Assembly: GCA_047601445.1 (NCBI GenBank)
Contig: JASGJH010000001.1
Span: 6,560,001 to 6,624,000 of the forward strand
Origin: Myxococcales bacterium
Lineage (GTDB): Bacteria; Myxococcota_A; Polyangia; Polyangiales; DASUME01
Direction of reading: 5' to 3'
DNA length: 64,000 nucleotides
Shown here: in pieces, positions 41,476-54,852 of the stretch
Numbering within the stretch: the stretch's first letter is position 1
How the letters are laid out: each line of letters opens with the position of its first letter
Notes under the pieces: generated by a model
What the model was told of the DNA's origin: nothing
Databases searched by the model: none
Seen by the model: the letters and a program-made list of their open reading frames with translations, nothing else
Program-made: the position numbers and the translations under genes

Positions 41476-41958
41476 ATGGCAAAAGCCGAGAAGCGTCTCA
41501 CACACCTCGATTCGCGTGGCCAAGCGCGAATGGTGGACGTGGGCGACAAGGCGGTGACCTCGCGCACCGCAGTCGCCCGCGCCACCGTTCGCATGCGTGC
41601 TTCCACGCAGCGCGCCTTGCGTGACGGGCAGACGCCCAAGGGAGAAGTGCTCGCCACCGCGCGCATTGCGGGCATCCAGGCCGCCAAGCGCACGTGGGAG
41701 CTTATCCCGATGTGTCATCAGGTGCAGCTCACCTCGGTGAAACTCGAGCTCGAGTTCAAGGGGCGGGACAGGGTCGTGATCGAGGGGCGGACCGAGGCGC
41801 GGGACCGCACGGGAGTGGAGATGGAGGCGCTCACGGCGGTCAGCGTGGCAGCGCTCACGCTCTACGACATGCTGAAGGCCATCGACCGCGAGATGGTGAT
41901 CGAGGAGGTCGCCTTGCATGAGAAGCGTGGGGGCAAGAGCGGAGACTTTCGACGCTGA
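41476..41958 (+). CDS. moaC: Cyclic pyranopterin monophosphate synthase
   Basis: [36 protein letters not shown]. Confidence 0.97.
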   Translation: MAKAEKRLTHLDSRGQARMVDVGDKAVTSRTAVARATVRMRASTQRALRDGQTPKGEVLATARIAGIQAAKRTWELIPMCHQVQLTSVKLELEFKGRDRVVIEGRTEARDRTGVEMEALTAVSVAALTLYDMLKAIDREMVIEEVALHEKRGGKSGDFRR

Positions 41959-41990
41959 CCCCATTATCGCGGGGCGACGCTACCGGCGCT

Positions 41991-43508
41991 TCAGGTGGGA
42001 GCGGCCTTCTTGCCTTTGCGCAAGGACCCCGTCACGGCCTGCACGTCGCTTTTGGTGATCTCCCCGCTGAGCGTGCAGACCGCCAAATACACGAGCCCGC
42101 TCGCGATGAGCACCACGGGTGCCAGCTTGGGCGTCGCTGGGAGCTGGCGCGCGACCCAGAACGCCGCCGCCGCAGCGATTGCGCAGCGCAAGAAGCTCAG
42201 GAGCGGCAGGGCCACGCCCATGAGTTTTCGCATCAGGAGGGAGGACAGAACCAGCGCCAGGAGCGGCCCCAGGCTCGTCGCGAACGCGGCGGTCGCCAGG
42301 GTTCGATCGCCGAGACCCACCGAACGCACCATCACGCGGTTGGCGATCAGCACTACCGCGAGTGCCAAGAGGCCGATCAGCGCTGACAGCACCGGGCGAC
42401 CCGCGCTCGTCAGGACCGTGGCGATGATCACGAACAACGCGAGCGCGATCTGGCCGAATACCAGGACGCGCAGGGTGTCGGCGCCCTCTGCGAACTTCGG
42501 CCCGTTCACCAGCCGAATGACGCCGTCGGCGGCGCCGCTCAAGGGGGCTCCGATGGCGAACAGTACGATCATGGAGAAGCGCAGGGCGTTGCGGATGTGG
42601 ACCCGCGCGGAGGCCAGGTCGCCGGCTGCGGTAGCCCGCGAAACCAGGGGAAAGACGATGAACGTGACCGACAGGATGACCTGGTAGGGGACCAGGGCAA
42701 AGTTCTGTCCGGCGCGATAGAGACCCACGTAGCGCGAGGCGTTCTCGGCCGCGCTCGCCACGTCCAAGCCGCCCTCGATGCCAAGTTGCGATGCGGTGTT
42801 CTTGAGCACCCAGACGTCGAGCAACAGGGTTCCGTTGAGCGTGAGCTGGAAGAAGACGATCGGGAGTAGGAACGAGAACCAGGTCCAGACCGGTAGCTTG
42901 GGTCCCTGCTCACCGGTGCCCACCGTGAACAGGGCGATCAGCGTGATGACGAGGGCCGCGCTGGCAAAGCCGGAGAGCGCGCCGGCCGCCCCGAACCCGA
43001 GCGCCGCGGCTCCGACGATGCCCACGGTACGAACGGTGGAGAAGGTGATGTCGAGGCCGGCCTGCTTGTGAAAGAGGCGCCGGCCATTGAGGCTGCCCAC
43101 GATGGTCGCGTACAGCGCGTAGAACAGCGGCACCAGGGCTGCGATACGCAGCAGCGACACCAGCTGGGCGTCGAAGGCCAGTCCGGCGAGCCAGGGCGCG
43201 GCCAGGAACAATCCGGACGCCAGGGTCACGCCGACGCCGAGTTGGAGCAACAACGCCTGACGGAGCCGGGCGCCGGCCAGCGCCTCGTCTTCGCTGATGC
43301 GCTTCGAGACCGACTGCACGGTCGCCGCGATCAGCACGTTGTTCACGACGCTCACGAAATTCATGGCCAGCGAGTACTGGCCGAAGGCCTCCGGCGAGCC
43401 GAGCAAGCGCGGCAACCCGAATTGCACGATGAAGCCCGAGAGGATGAAGTAGAGCTTCGCTGCGGTGATGAGGGCCAGGCCGCGGCCCGTACCGGCGCTC
43501 TCGGACAT
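41991..43508 (-). CDS. MOP-superfamily (Wzx/MurJ-like) oligosaccharide flippase
   Basis: About 14 TM helices; LPRLLG..FGQY, VGLYRA, FPLVSRA motifs. Confidence 0.82.
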   Translation of the reverse strand: MSESAGTGRGLALITAAKLYFILSGFIVQFGLPRLLGSPEAFGQYSLAMNFVSVVNNVLIAATVQSVSKRISEDEALAGARLRQALLLQLGVGVTLASGLFLAAPWLAGLAFDAQLVSLLRIAALVPLFYALYATIVGSLNGRRLFHKQAGLDITFSTVRTVGIVGAAALGFGAAGALSGFASAALVITLIALFTVGTGEQGPKLPVWTWFSFLLPIVFFQLTLNGTLLLDVWVLKNTASQLGIEGGLDVASAAENASRYVGLYRAGQNFALVPYQVILSVTFIVFPLVSRATAAGDLASARVHIRNALRFSMIVLFAIGAPLSGAADGVIRLVNGPKFAEGADTLRVLVFGQIALALFVIIATVLTSAGRPVLSALIGLLALAVVLIANRVMVRSVGLGDRTLATAAFATSLGPLLALVLSSLLMRKLMGVALPLLSFLRCAIAAAAAFWVARQLPATPKLAPVVLIASGLVYLAVCTLSGEITKSDVQAVTGSLRKGKKAAPT

Positions 43509-43652
43509 GGAGCCCGGTTGTGGCGTGAGGGGCTCGGCCGGTCAAGAAAATGGGGTGAACGAGTGGCGGAGGCAGCCAGGGCTCAGTGGTTTGCGAGTCG
43601 CCAAGACTCGATTGCGGCCCATTTGTGGAACTGGCAATTGTTGCCTCGAATC

Positions 43653-44060
43653 ATGCGACCGCCAGGTGCGCCCGTTCTTCTGTGCTTGTTGACACTCGGC
43701 TTACTGTCATGTCGTGCGCCCGTTGCGACGACCACGGCTGCAAGCAGGCGCGCGGTTCTCGAGTGCATGTGGGTCACTCGCTCAACCATGAAGATGGAGC
43801 GTTGCGAGGAGATCGCGAAAATCGAGGCCTGGTCATGGCAGGCGGACTCTCAGCCGCGTTCAGACGCAAAGCCGTTTGAGTGGCGATGTCCAGAGCTTGC
43901 CTACGTCGGTGGTGAGGAGGATGGCTGCCACATGCAATTCATGCGGGTCGTCGCTTGCGACGCAGTGTTGTTGCTGACATGCGAGGTATGTCCGAATCAC
44001 ATGCAATGCGGCGACGGGGGAGAGCAAGGGGAAGCCCCAGCATCGTTCGAGCGCGGGTAG
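43653..44060 (+). CDS. Putative orphan Cys-rich lipoprotein
   Basis: ATG 43653, hydrophobic stretch and lipobox LLSC; 8 further Cys; lower GC than flanks. Confidence 0.45.
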   Translation: MRPPGAPVLLCLLTLGLLSCRAPVATTTAASRRAVLECMWVTRSTMKMERCEEIAKIEAWSWQADSQPRSDAKPFEWRCPELAYVGGEEDGCHMQFMRVVACDAVLLLTCEVCPNHMQCGDGGEQGEAPASFERG

Positions 44061-44418
44061 CGCTGGAACGGACTATCAAGTCTTAGGGTGAGTGCGTCCG
44101 CAGCTTCGACCATTCAGGTCGCCAACCAGAAGAGTCGCTGAGCTACGTGCTGCTAGTGACCGGTCAGAAATGCAGTCACCTTGGGTCGTGGGGGGCGTTG
44201 TCCCGCGGAGCAACAGGATGATTGCGGCGGTCACCAGGCGTGTCGCCCGCAAGAGACCGGCGCTTCGACCGTGGGCAGTCGACCGCGGGTCCACGACGCG
44301 CGCCGGCGACGGCGGCTCCCCGCCGAGTGGGGTGCTGCCATCCCCTGGACGAGGGCCGGCCCGCTCTTGGGGGCCAGGAAAGCGTCGTTCGGGCTCTTGT
44401 CGACTGCCTGTAACGGGG

Positions 44419-44446
44419 TTGACGGGGGTGATGAACTGGTTACGTT
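44419..44446 (+). promoter_or_regulatory. Putative sigma70 promoter of dnaK
   Basis: TTGACG-N16-TACGTT about 120 bp upstream of the ATG. Confidence 0.5.
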
Positions 44447-44566
44447 GGGCCCTGATTTGGGGCTTTCGGCGGACTCCCAAGGGAAACCCGCCGGGATCAC
44501 ACCGGTTCGTAAGTGATGTCCAAGCGGTCGCCAATGTGCGGCGCTGGGCGAAGGAAGGGTTTTCAC

Positions 44567-46483
<1,917 letters not shown>

Positions 46484-46839
46484 GCAGCGGCTCCCAGTCC
46501 TGACCCCCCTCACTCCGCGGCCCGCGCGTCTCGCTCGGGTCGCGGAAGCGCTTTCTGCACGGATTCGCCCAGGCACCGGCCCTGGCCCGGGTCGGATTCG
46601 CCTGGCCCCCCACGGCCCTCGAACCCCGGACATGCTAGGAAGGACGCCCGGAGCGGCTCCGGAGCGGCGGAACGTCCGCTTCGGCTTGAATGGGCTAGGC
46701 GCAAGACCCGCGCCTGTTTGCAACAAATTCCGCTCGATTCTCGGACTTTCGGTGCTGGCGCATTGCGAAACGCCGCTGAGCGAGTACCGATAGGCCCCGA
46801 AAAGCGGGCTCAGCGGCATCAACAGACGAAGAGAACGGT

Positions 46840-48933
<2,094 letters not shown>

Positions 48934-48972
48934 TCCGCTGAGCGCCAGGTCGCACCAGCGCTTCGCAGCATG

Positions 48973-49009
48973 ACGCCAGGGTCCGCGAGGGCTCTGGCGT
49001 TTTGCATTT
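48973..49009 (+). terminator. Intrinsic terminator after fusA
   Basis: ACGCCAGGGTCC-GCGA-GGGCTCTGGCGT followed by TTTGCATTT. Confidence 0.8.
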
Positions 49010-49097
49010 CAGTCGTGTGACGCTGGCCTCTTCACCCGAGCTCTAGTCTGGATTGGTCTGGTATCAGGCCAGGAGCGTTTGGTACCGTCGGCGAGCT

Positions 49098-50156
49098 TTG
49101 GGAAGTTCATCTCGGATCGAATCTCGGGTTCCTCAGTACCGCGCGTTCGTGCGCTCGGAGTTGCGACGCCTGGGAGTGCCCGTCGTGGACCTCAACGACC
49201 TGGAGCAAGAGGTCTGGCTGCTGGGGCTATCACGCTCCGAGAGCTTCGCCGAACAAGCCTCCATCCCCGGCTGGCTGCCAAGCGTCTGCAGCCGCGTGGC
49301 CCAGGCGCATTGGAGCGAACCGACCCCGGTGCCGCGTGTCGGCGCCGACCTGCACGTCGAGCCCGAGCAGGTCGAGTTCGTCGAGCGCGAGTTGGATGAG
49401 CTCAGGGTCGCCAGCGCCCTCGATCGGCTGAGCGAGAAGCAGGCCGATGTGCTCGCGCTTTACGCGAGCGGTGAGCTCTCGATGCGCGAGGTGGCGGCGC
49501 AGCTAGGTGAGTCCGAAAAGACCGTCTATTCACGCTACCGCACTGCCATTGAGGACGTGACCCGCGAGCTACGCCGCGGCGATATCGTGATCCCACGGCG
49601 CTCGAGTCGGCCTTCCGGCTCCTACCCAGTGGCGACCCAGCCCGAGTTCGCTGCGCAGGAGCGCGCGGCCGACCAGGGTGCGCTCATCGTCGTACGGGCC
49701 GATCGCGAGCTCTCGATTGGCCGCGTGGGGAACGTCCTGCTCGTTCACTACCGGAAGCGGTTTTACGAGAGCAGCGTGGAGACCGTGGCCTCTGTGCTCG
49801 AGACGGCTCACCAGCGCCTCGGGGTGCCGCTCGTGATGCTCAACACGGGAAACCCTGATCTCGCATTGCCCAACGCCGCGGAACGCCGCGCGCTGTTTCA
49901 CCACGCGCGCGCCAGCTCGCCGTGCCTAGAAATGGTCGTGGACGTCGCCAACGGCCATCCTCTGGCTCAGGTTTTTGCCTCCATCGTGAGCGGCATCCTG
50001 CTGTTGTCGCGCTCCTATCTGCATCATTCGTTCGCCATGGTTGCCACGCTGGACGATGCGCGGCGCTGGATTGAGCCCCGCGCCCGCACGGTCCACGGGG
50101 CGCTCGCTTGGGACGACGTCGCGCGGGGCATGCGCGCTGTGAGCCAGGTGGGGTAA
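49098..50156 (+). CDS. ECF sigma-70 factor with C-terminal STAS/SEC14-like domain (paralog of 27662..28720); start uncertain
   Basis: DLNDLEQEVWL, LSMREVAAQLGESEKTVYSRYR, ADQG..I, GRVGNV, LPNAAER, TLDDARRWI. Confidence 0.8.
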   Translation: MGSSSRIESRVPQYRAFVRSELRRLGVPVVDLNDLEQEVWLLGLSRSESFAEQASIPGWLPSVCSRVAQAHWSEPTPVPRVGADLHVEPEQVEFVERELDELRVASALDRLSEKQADVLALYASGELSMREVAAQLGESEKTVYSRYRTAIEDVTRELRRGDIVIPRRSSRPSGSYPVATQPEFAAQERAADQGALIVVRADRELSIGRVGNVLLVHYRKRFYESSVETVASVLETAHQRLGVPLVMLNTGNPDLALPNAAERRALFHHARASSPCLEMVVDVANGHPLAQVFASIVSGILLLSRSYLHHSFAMVATLDDARRWIEPRARTVHGALAWDDVARGMRAVSQVG

Positions 50157-50317
50157 GTGCGCGGGGCAGGGCTGCGGAGGGGGCGGGGGCCCCTCGAGTG
50201 CGTATTCGCGGGCGCCTGTGGGCCGAATTGGGAGCGTGCTTCGGACTCGCAAAAATCGACCTCCCACGCTTCGTTTTTCTCAACGCGATCGTGTCCGCAG
50301 GTGTTTAAGCGGCGAAC

Positions 50318-50917
50318 ATGCCGTCCACGGACCGAGCCACGCTGAAGCTCTTGCGCGCCCAAGGGGTGCCGCTCGAGGAGCGCGACGACGACGCCCTGAT
50401 GCAGCTGAGCCGCGCCGGGGTGATGGCGGCCTGGGAGGTCCTGGTGCGACGTCACCAGGGGGCGCTGCGCGGCTACTGCGCGCGCGTCTGTGGGTCCGCG
50501 CTCGGGGATGAGGTCGCCCAGGAGGTCCTCCTCGCGGTGTGGGCCGAGCGCGAGCGCTATCAGGCCCAGGGGCGCTTTCGGGCGTACCTCTTTCTCGTGG
50601 CTGCACGGCGGGCGCGCAATGCTCTGCGAAGTCACAAGCGGGCCTCGGAGCGCGGCCAGGCGGCGGTGCCCGTGGACTTCGCTGACCCACTTCAGCTCGA
50701 CATGTTGCTGGCGCGGGAGCGTGAGCGACGGCTCTTCGGGCTGCTCGAGAAGCTCCCCGAGGACCAACGTGCCTCGCTTCTGCTGCGCTACGCAGCGGAG
50801 CTCGACTACGACGAAATCGCGCTGGTCGTCGAGCGCCCTTCGGCGACCGTGCGCTCGCGGGTGTTTCTCGGCCTCAAGCGTTTGCGGCAACTGCTGCAGG
50901 GAAAGGAGCTGCCATGA
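50318..50917 (+). CDS. ECF sigma-70 factor
   Basis: DDALM...AWEVLVRRH, VAQEVLL, FRAYL, YDEIA...TVRSRV. Confidence 0.9.
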   Translation: MPSTDRATLKLLRAQGVPLEERDDDALMQLSRAGVMAAWEVLVRRHQGALRGYCARVCGSALGDEVAQEVLLAVWAERERYQAQGRFRAYLFLVAARRARNALRSHKRASERGQAAVPVDFADPLQLDMLLARERERRLFGLLEKLPEDQRASLLLRYAAELDYDEIALVVERPSATVRSRVFLGLKRLRQLLQGKELP

Positions 50918-51753
50918 ATTGCCCCGGCGAAGATCGTCTTCTGCTGGAGCTTTTGGGTGAGCTCAGCGTCAACGAATCGAGCGAGCTCGAGCGACATCGG
51001 CAGGGCTGTGCGAGCTGTGCGGGAATACGTCTGGAGTATCGGCAGCTGAGCGCGAGCTTGAGCTCGCCAGCGCCTTGCGGGCAGTCCGATGATGCGTTCG
51101 TCGCACGCGTGATGGAGCGAACGCGGGAACTCGCGCTGTTGAAGGGAGAGTCGCGCAGGCCCGAGAGCGGCCGGTCGCGCTTGGCCGTCAGGCTCGGGGC
51201 CGTGGCGCTTGGGGTGGCTGCCGCCGCGAGCCTGGCGCTCTGGCACGGTAGGCCGCTCGAGGAGCACTTCGCGGCGCGCGGAGCAAAGGTCGCGCGCGAA
51301 CATGCAGTCAGCGCTCACGCGAGTCTGTTCTTGGTGCGCCAAGGCGTGGCACGGCCGCTCGAAGGAGCGGAGCTGCAGGCCGGAGACGGCTTGGCCGTGC
51401 GGTGTTCCAACCCAGGGCGGACGGCGCGCTATCTGGCAGTCTTCGTGGTCGACACGGCGCGCGAGGTGCACTGGATCTATCCCTCCTACGTCGATGCGAA
51501 CTCTGCGCCCGAGTCGCTCCGGCTCGAGCCCGGCGCGCATGAGCGCTTGCTGCCCGAGATCGTCGAGCCCGAGTTGCCGGCGATGGGTCCCATGCAAGCG
51601 TTCGCGCTGTTCACGGCCGAGCCAGTGAGCGTTCGCGACGTCGAGGCTCAGCTCTCCCGCATCAGTGGAGGGCAGGATGTGAGGGCGCTCTTGGGCAAGG
51701 TGTATCGCGGCAGTCAGGTTCAGCGATGGAGCGCAACATGGAGCCGAAAATGA
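50914..51753 (+). CDS. Zinc-finger (HxxxCxxC) anti-sigma factor with TM and DUF4384-like periplasmic domain
   Basis: HRQGCASC; TM; FAARG; LQAGD...YLAVFVVD...VHWIYP; ATGA overlap. Confidence 0.82.
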   Translation: MNCPGEDRLLLELLGELSVNESSELERHRQGCASCAGIRLEYRQLSASLSSPAPCGQSDDAFVARVMERTRELALLKGESRRPESGRSRLAVRLGAVALGVAAAASLALWHGRPLEEHFAARGAKVAREHAVSAHASLFLVRQGVARPLEGAELQAGDGLAVRCSNPGRTARYLAVFVVDTAREVHWIYPSYVDANSAPESLRLEPGAHERLLPEIVEPELPAMGPMQAFALFTAEPVSVRDVEAQLSRISGGQDVRALLGKVYRGSQVQRWSATWSRK

Positions 51754-53669
51754 GCCGCGTCTGGTTCGCATACGCATGGCTGTTGGGCTCCTGGTTCGTG
51801 GTGAGCTCGGGCCGCGCCCAAAACGTCGACACCTTCGCCTTGATCATCACCAACAACCGCAGCATTTCGGGGTCACAGCCCGATTTGCAGTACGCCGACG
51901 ACGACGGCGCTCGCTATTTTCGGCTGTTCAGCAGCGTCGGCAATCATGCGCAGGCACGGCTCCTCACGCGCTTCGATCGGGCCTCCTTGGCCGCTTATCC
52001 TGGGTTGGTTTCCGTGGCACGCGCTCCGACGACTGCGGAGGTAATGCGTGCTCGTGACGAGCTTGCGAAGGCCATCGAACAAGCTCGCGCGGCGGGCCAG
52101 CTGACCCGGCTCTACGTGATCTACGCGGGCCATGGCGACGTGCTCGATGGGCGCGGTGTGCTGGAGCTCGAGGACGCGCAGATCGATGGAGCATTCGTGG
52201 AGCGCGAGCTGCTCGACCGGCTCGCCGCCGACGAGAAGCACGTGATTTTGGACAGCTGCAACTCGTTCTTCGTGATGAATCCCCGCAAGCCCGGGGGACG
52301 ACGCTGGGCGACGCCCGAGGACATGGCGCTCGGCTTTTCAACGCGGCACCCGGAGGTCGGGCTGTTCTTGTCGACCAACAGTGAGAGCGAGGTGTTCGAA
52401 TGGTCCGAGCTCGAGTCGGGTGTGTTCAGCCACGAGGTGCGCTCGGGCTTGAGCGGTGCGGCCGATGTCGATGGCAACGGCAGTGTCAGCTACGTGGAGC
52501 TCGCCGGTTTCATCGAGCACGCCAACCTCGGCATTGCTCGCGAGGGCTTGCGGCCGCATTTGTTCTTCCGCGGTCCCAGCGGAGATCGCCACGCGCCCAT
52601 CTTCTCCAACCGTGAGTTGCGCGGACGCAAGGTCGAGCTCGCCACGGCGCAGACCCGCATGTGGGTGAAGACGGCGAGCGGAGAGCGCTTGCTCGACCTG
52701 CACAAGGAAGAGGGACCCATGACGTTGGTGGTCCCGGAGGGCGAGGGTGAGCTCTCGGCGTACGTGCAGACCACCGAGCCCCAACAGGGCTCGCGCGGCG
52801 CTGCGCGCACCGTGGTCGCGGAGTACTCCCTGCAAGCAGGTGACGGTCCCGTGCAGCTCGCCAGCTTGGTCGCGGCACCACCGCAGGTCGTCGCGCGCGG
52901 ACAGCGCCTGTTCGGGGAGTTGTTCGCGCTGCCGTATGGGCCTGTCGCCCTGGGCAAGTTCGAGCAGGCTACCGACGATCTCCAGGCCAAGCCCGTCTAT
53001 GGCGTGACCTCAGACGACCTGACGCGCATGGGACACTACCTCGAAGAGTTCGCATACTATGGCCGCACGCGGCGCACGCGCACCGCCACCCTGCTATTCG
53101 GCTATTCGGCCCTGGCCCTGGTCCCGGCTGTGGCCGCGGCGGCTACCTGCGAAGGCGAGATCTGCAAAGGAGACGTCGGCGTTTTCGCCCTGATGGGCGG
53201 CCTTTCGGCCAGCTTCATGGCCGGAGGACTGACGGCAGCATTGCGCTCCAGTCACGGCGAGCGTGCCCTGGTAAGTTTCAGAGCGGAGGTTACACGCGGC
53301 CCGGTCCAGGGGGCCCGCGCCTTTGCGGAGACCGACGCACTCCTGGAGCGGATGGCCACGCGAGAGCGTCGACGGCGCTACACGGCGTTGTTCTTTTTGC
53401 AGGGCACCGCCCTCGTCATGCTCGCCGGGGGCATCGTGGATGCGCGGGCCTTGGCCCATTCCTACGATCCGCCAGGAGGACCCCAGCTTGCGCTGACCAT
53501 GTTCGCGGGGTCGGGGCTCATGTCAGCGTTGGGGTTTATCGTGGGGCTGACCAAGAGTCCCGCCGAGCGCATGCTCAAGCTCTATCGCGACGATCCCAAG
53601 ATCCAGTGGAGCATGTCGCCGAGCCTGTCCACCACCGCAGCTGGCCTGCAGTTCAAGGGCTCGTTTTGA
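51750..53669 (+). CDS. Exported caspase-family (C14) protease with C-terminal hydrophobic domain
   Basis: Signal peptide; LQYADDDG, YAGHG and LDSC catalytic dyad; GLSGAADVDGNG; ATGA overlap. Confidence 0.85.
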   Translation: MSRVWFAYAWLLGSWFVVSSGRAQNVDTFALIITNNRSISGSQPDLQYADDDGARYFRLFSSVGNHAQARLLTRFDRASLAAYPGLVSVARAPTTAEVMRARDELAKAIEQARAAGQLTRLYVIYAGHGDVLDGRGVLELEDAQIDGAFVERELLDRLAADEKHVILDSCNSFFVMNPRKPGGRRWATPEDMALGFSTRHPEVGLFLSTNSESEVFEWSELESGVFSHEVRSGLSGAADVDGNGSVSYVELAGFIEHANLGIAREGLRPHLFFRGPSGDRHAPIFSNRELRGRKVELATAQTRMWVKTASGERLLDLHKEEGPMTLVVPEGEGELSAYVQTTEPQQGSRGAARTVVAEYSLQAGDGPVQLASLVAAPPQVVARGQRLFGELFALPYGPVALGKFEQATDDLQAKPVYGVTSDDLTRMGHYLEEFAYYGRTRRTRTATLLFGYSALALVPAVAAAATCEGEICKGDVGVFALMGGLSASFMAGGLTAALRSSHGERALVSFRAEVTRGPVQGARAFAETDALLERMATRERRRRYTALFFLQGTALVMLAGGIVDARALAHSYDPPGGPQLALTMFAGSGLMSALGFIVGLTKSPAERMLKLYRDDPKIQWSMSPSLSTTAAGLQFKGSF

Positions 53670-53734
53670 GGGCCGCTCACCAGGACCACGCACGCGCTGC
53701 GGCAGGGCCGCGTAGCGCGCGGTAGGCTCGCTGC

Positions 53735-54334
53735 ATGAAGCAGGTCTGGCCAGCGCCCGAGCGCAACAAGGGACCCATCCTCGAGGTGCTCGAGCGGGTC
53801 TTTCCGCGTCATGGTCGGGTCCTCGAAATTGCGAGCGGGAGCGGGCAGCACGCGGTGCATTTTGCCCGGTCCCTTTCCGGGCTCGAATGGGTGCCCAGTG
53901 ATTGCGACCCCGAGAACCTGGCGAGCATCCGCGCCTGGGTGAGCGAGGCCGCGCTGCCGAACCTGCGCGAGCCCCTCGTCATCGACGTGCTCGCCGCAGA
54001 TTGGGGGCTCCCGTCCGGCTCGTGCGACGCGCTCTTCAACGCGAACATGGTCCACATCGCACCCTGGGCGTGCTGCCAGGGGCTGATGCGGGGAGCGGGG
54101 GCGGTCCTCGAGTCGGGCGCCGTGTTCGTGCTCTACGGCCCATTTCGCATCGGCGGTGCCCACACCTCGCAGAGCAACGAGGAGTTCGACGTCGGTCTGC
54201 GCGCACGCCAGCCGACCTGGGGGGTGCGCGACCTGGAGGCCGTGGTGGAGGAGGGCGCTCGCAACGGCCTGGCGTTCGAGGAGCGCGTGCAGATGCCGGC
54301 CAACAACCAGAGCCTGATATTTCGCAGGACCTGA
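53735..54334 (+). CDS. DUF938 SAM-dependent methyltransferase
   Basis: ERNKGPIL, LEIASGSGQH, NMVHIAPW, YGPF, MPANN. Confidence 0.92.
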   Translation: MKQVWPAPERNKGPILEVLERVFPRHGRVLEIASGSGQHAVHFARSLSGLEWVPSDCDPENLASIRAWVSEAALPNLREPLVIDVLAADWGLPSGSCDALFNANMVHIAPWACCQGLMRGAGAVLESGAVFVLYGPFRIGGAHTSQSNEEFDVGLRARQPTWGVRDLEAVVEEGARNGLAFEERVQMPANNQSLIFRRT

Positions 54335-54391
54335 GGCGCTCAGCGGCTGGCCCACGCTAGCTGCGGCCTTTTGCCGCGCCGCGTGCAGCAC

Positions 54392-54763
54392 TCACATGCG
54401 GCCGCCGAGCGGGTTGTAGTTGTTGAGCTGGTTGTCCTGCGGCAGGAAGTCGGTCGGGGTCTTGGGCGGAGGCGGCGCCTGACAGCGATTGAGGCCTTCG
54501 TTGCAGACGGTGTTGCCTGGGCAACCGTCGCCGCACTTTTTGACCTCGCAGAAGCCGGTCTCCATGTTGCAGAAGCTGCCGTAGGGACAGCCCTGAAACC
54601 TGCAGCCGGTGCTGGCCTGAGCCACCACGGCGACCGCGGCATTGGTGAGGGCGAGACCGGGTGATCCGCTCGCCAGGGTAGCTTGGGTGGTGGCAGCGCC
54701 GCAGCCAGCGGTACTGACCCAAATCGCCCAACCTAGCGCTAACGCACGCAAATAGAGGGCCAT
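54392..54763 (-). CDS. Small Cys-rich lipoprotein
   Basis: Lipobox TAGC; C-rich CPYGSFCN...C...CPGNTVCN...C repeats. Confidence 0.7.
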   Translation of the reverse strand: MALYLRALALGWAIWVSTAGCGAATTQATLASGSPGLALTNAAVAVVAQASTGCRFQGCPYGSFCNMETGFCEVKKCGDGCPGNTVCNEGLNRCQAPPPPKTPTDFLPQDNQLNNYNPLGGRM

Positions 54764-54852
54764 GGAGAAACCCTAGCATGCTCCTCCGGGAGGCTCCCGG
54801 GCCCAGTTCGGTGACTCGCCCTGGGGCCTGGATATGGCATCATCCGGCCTCC

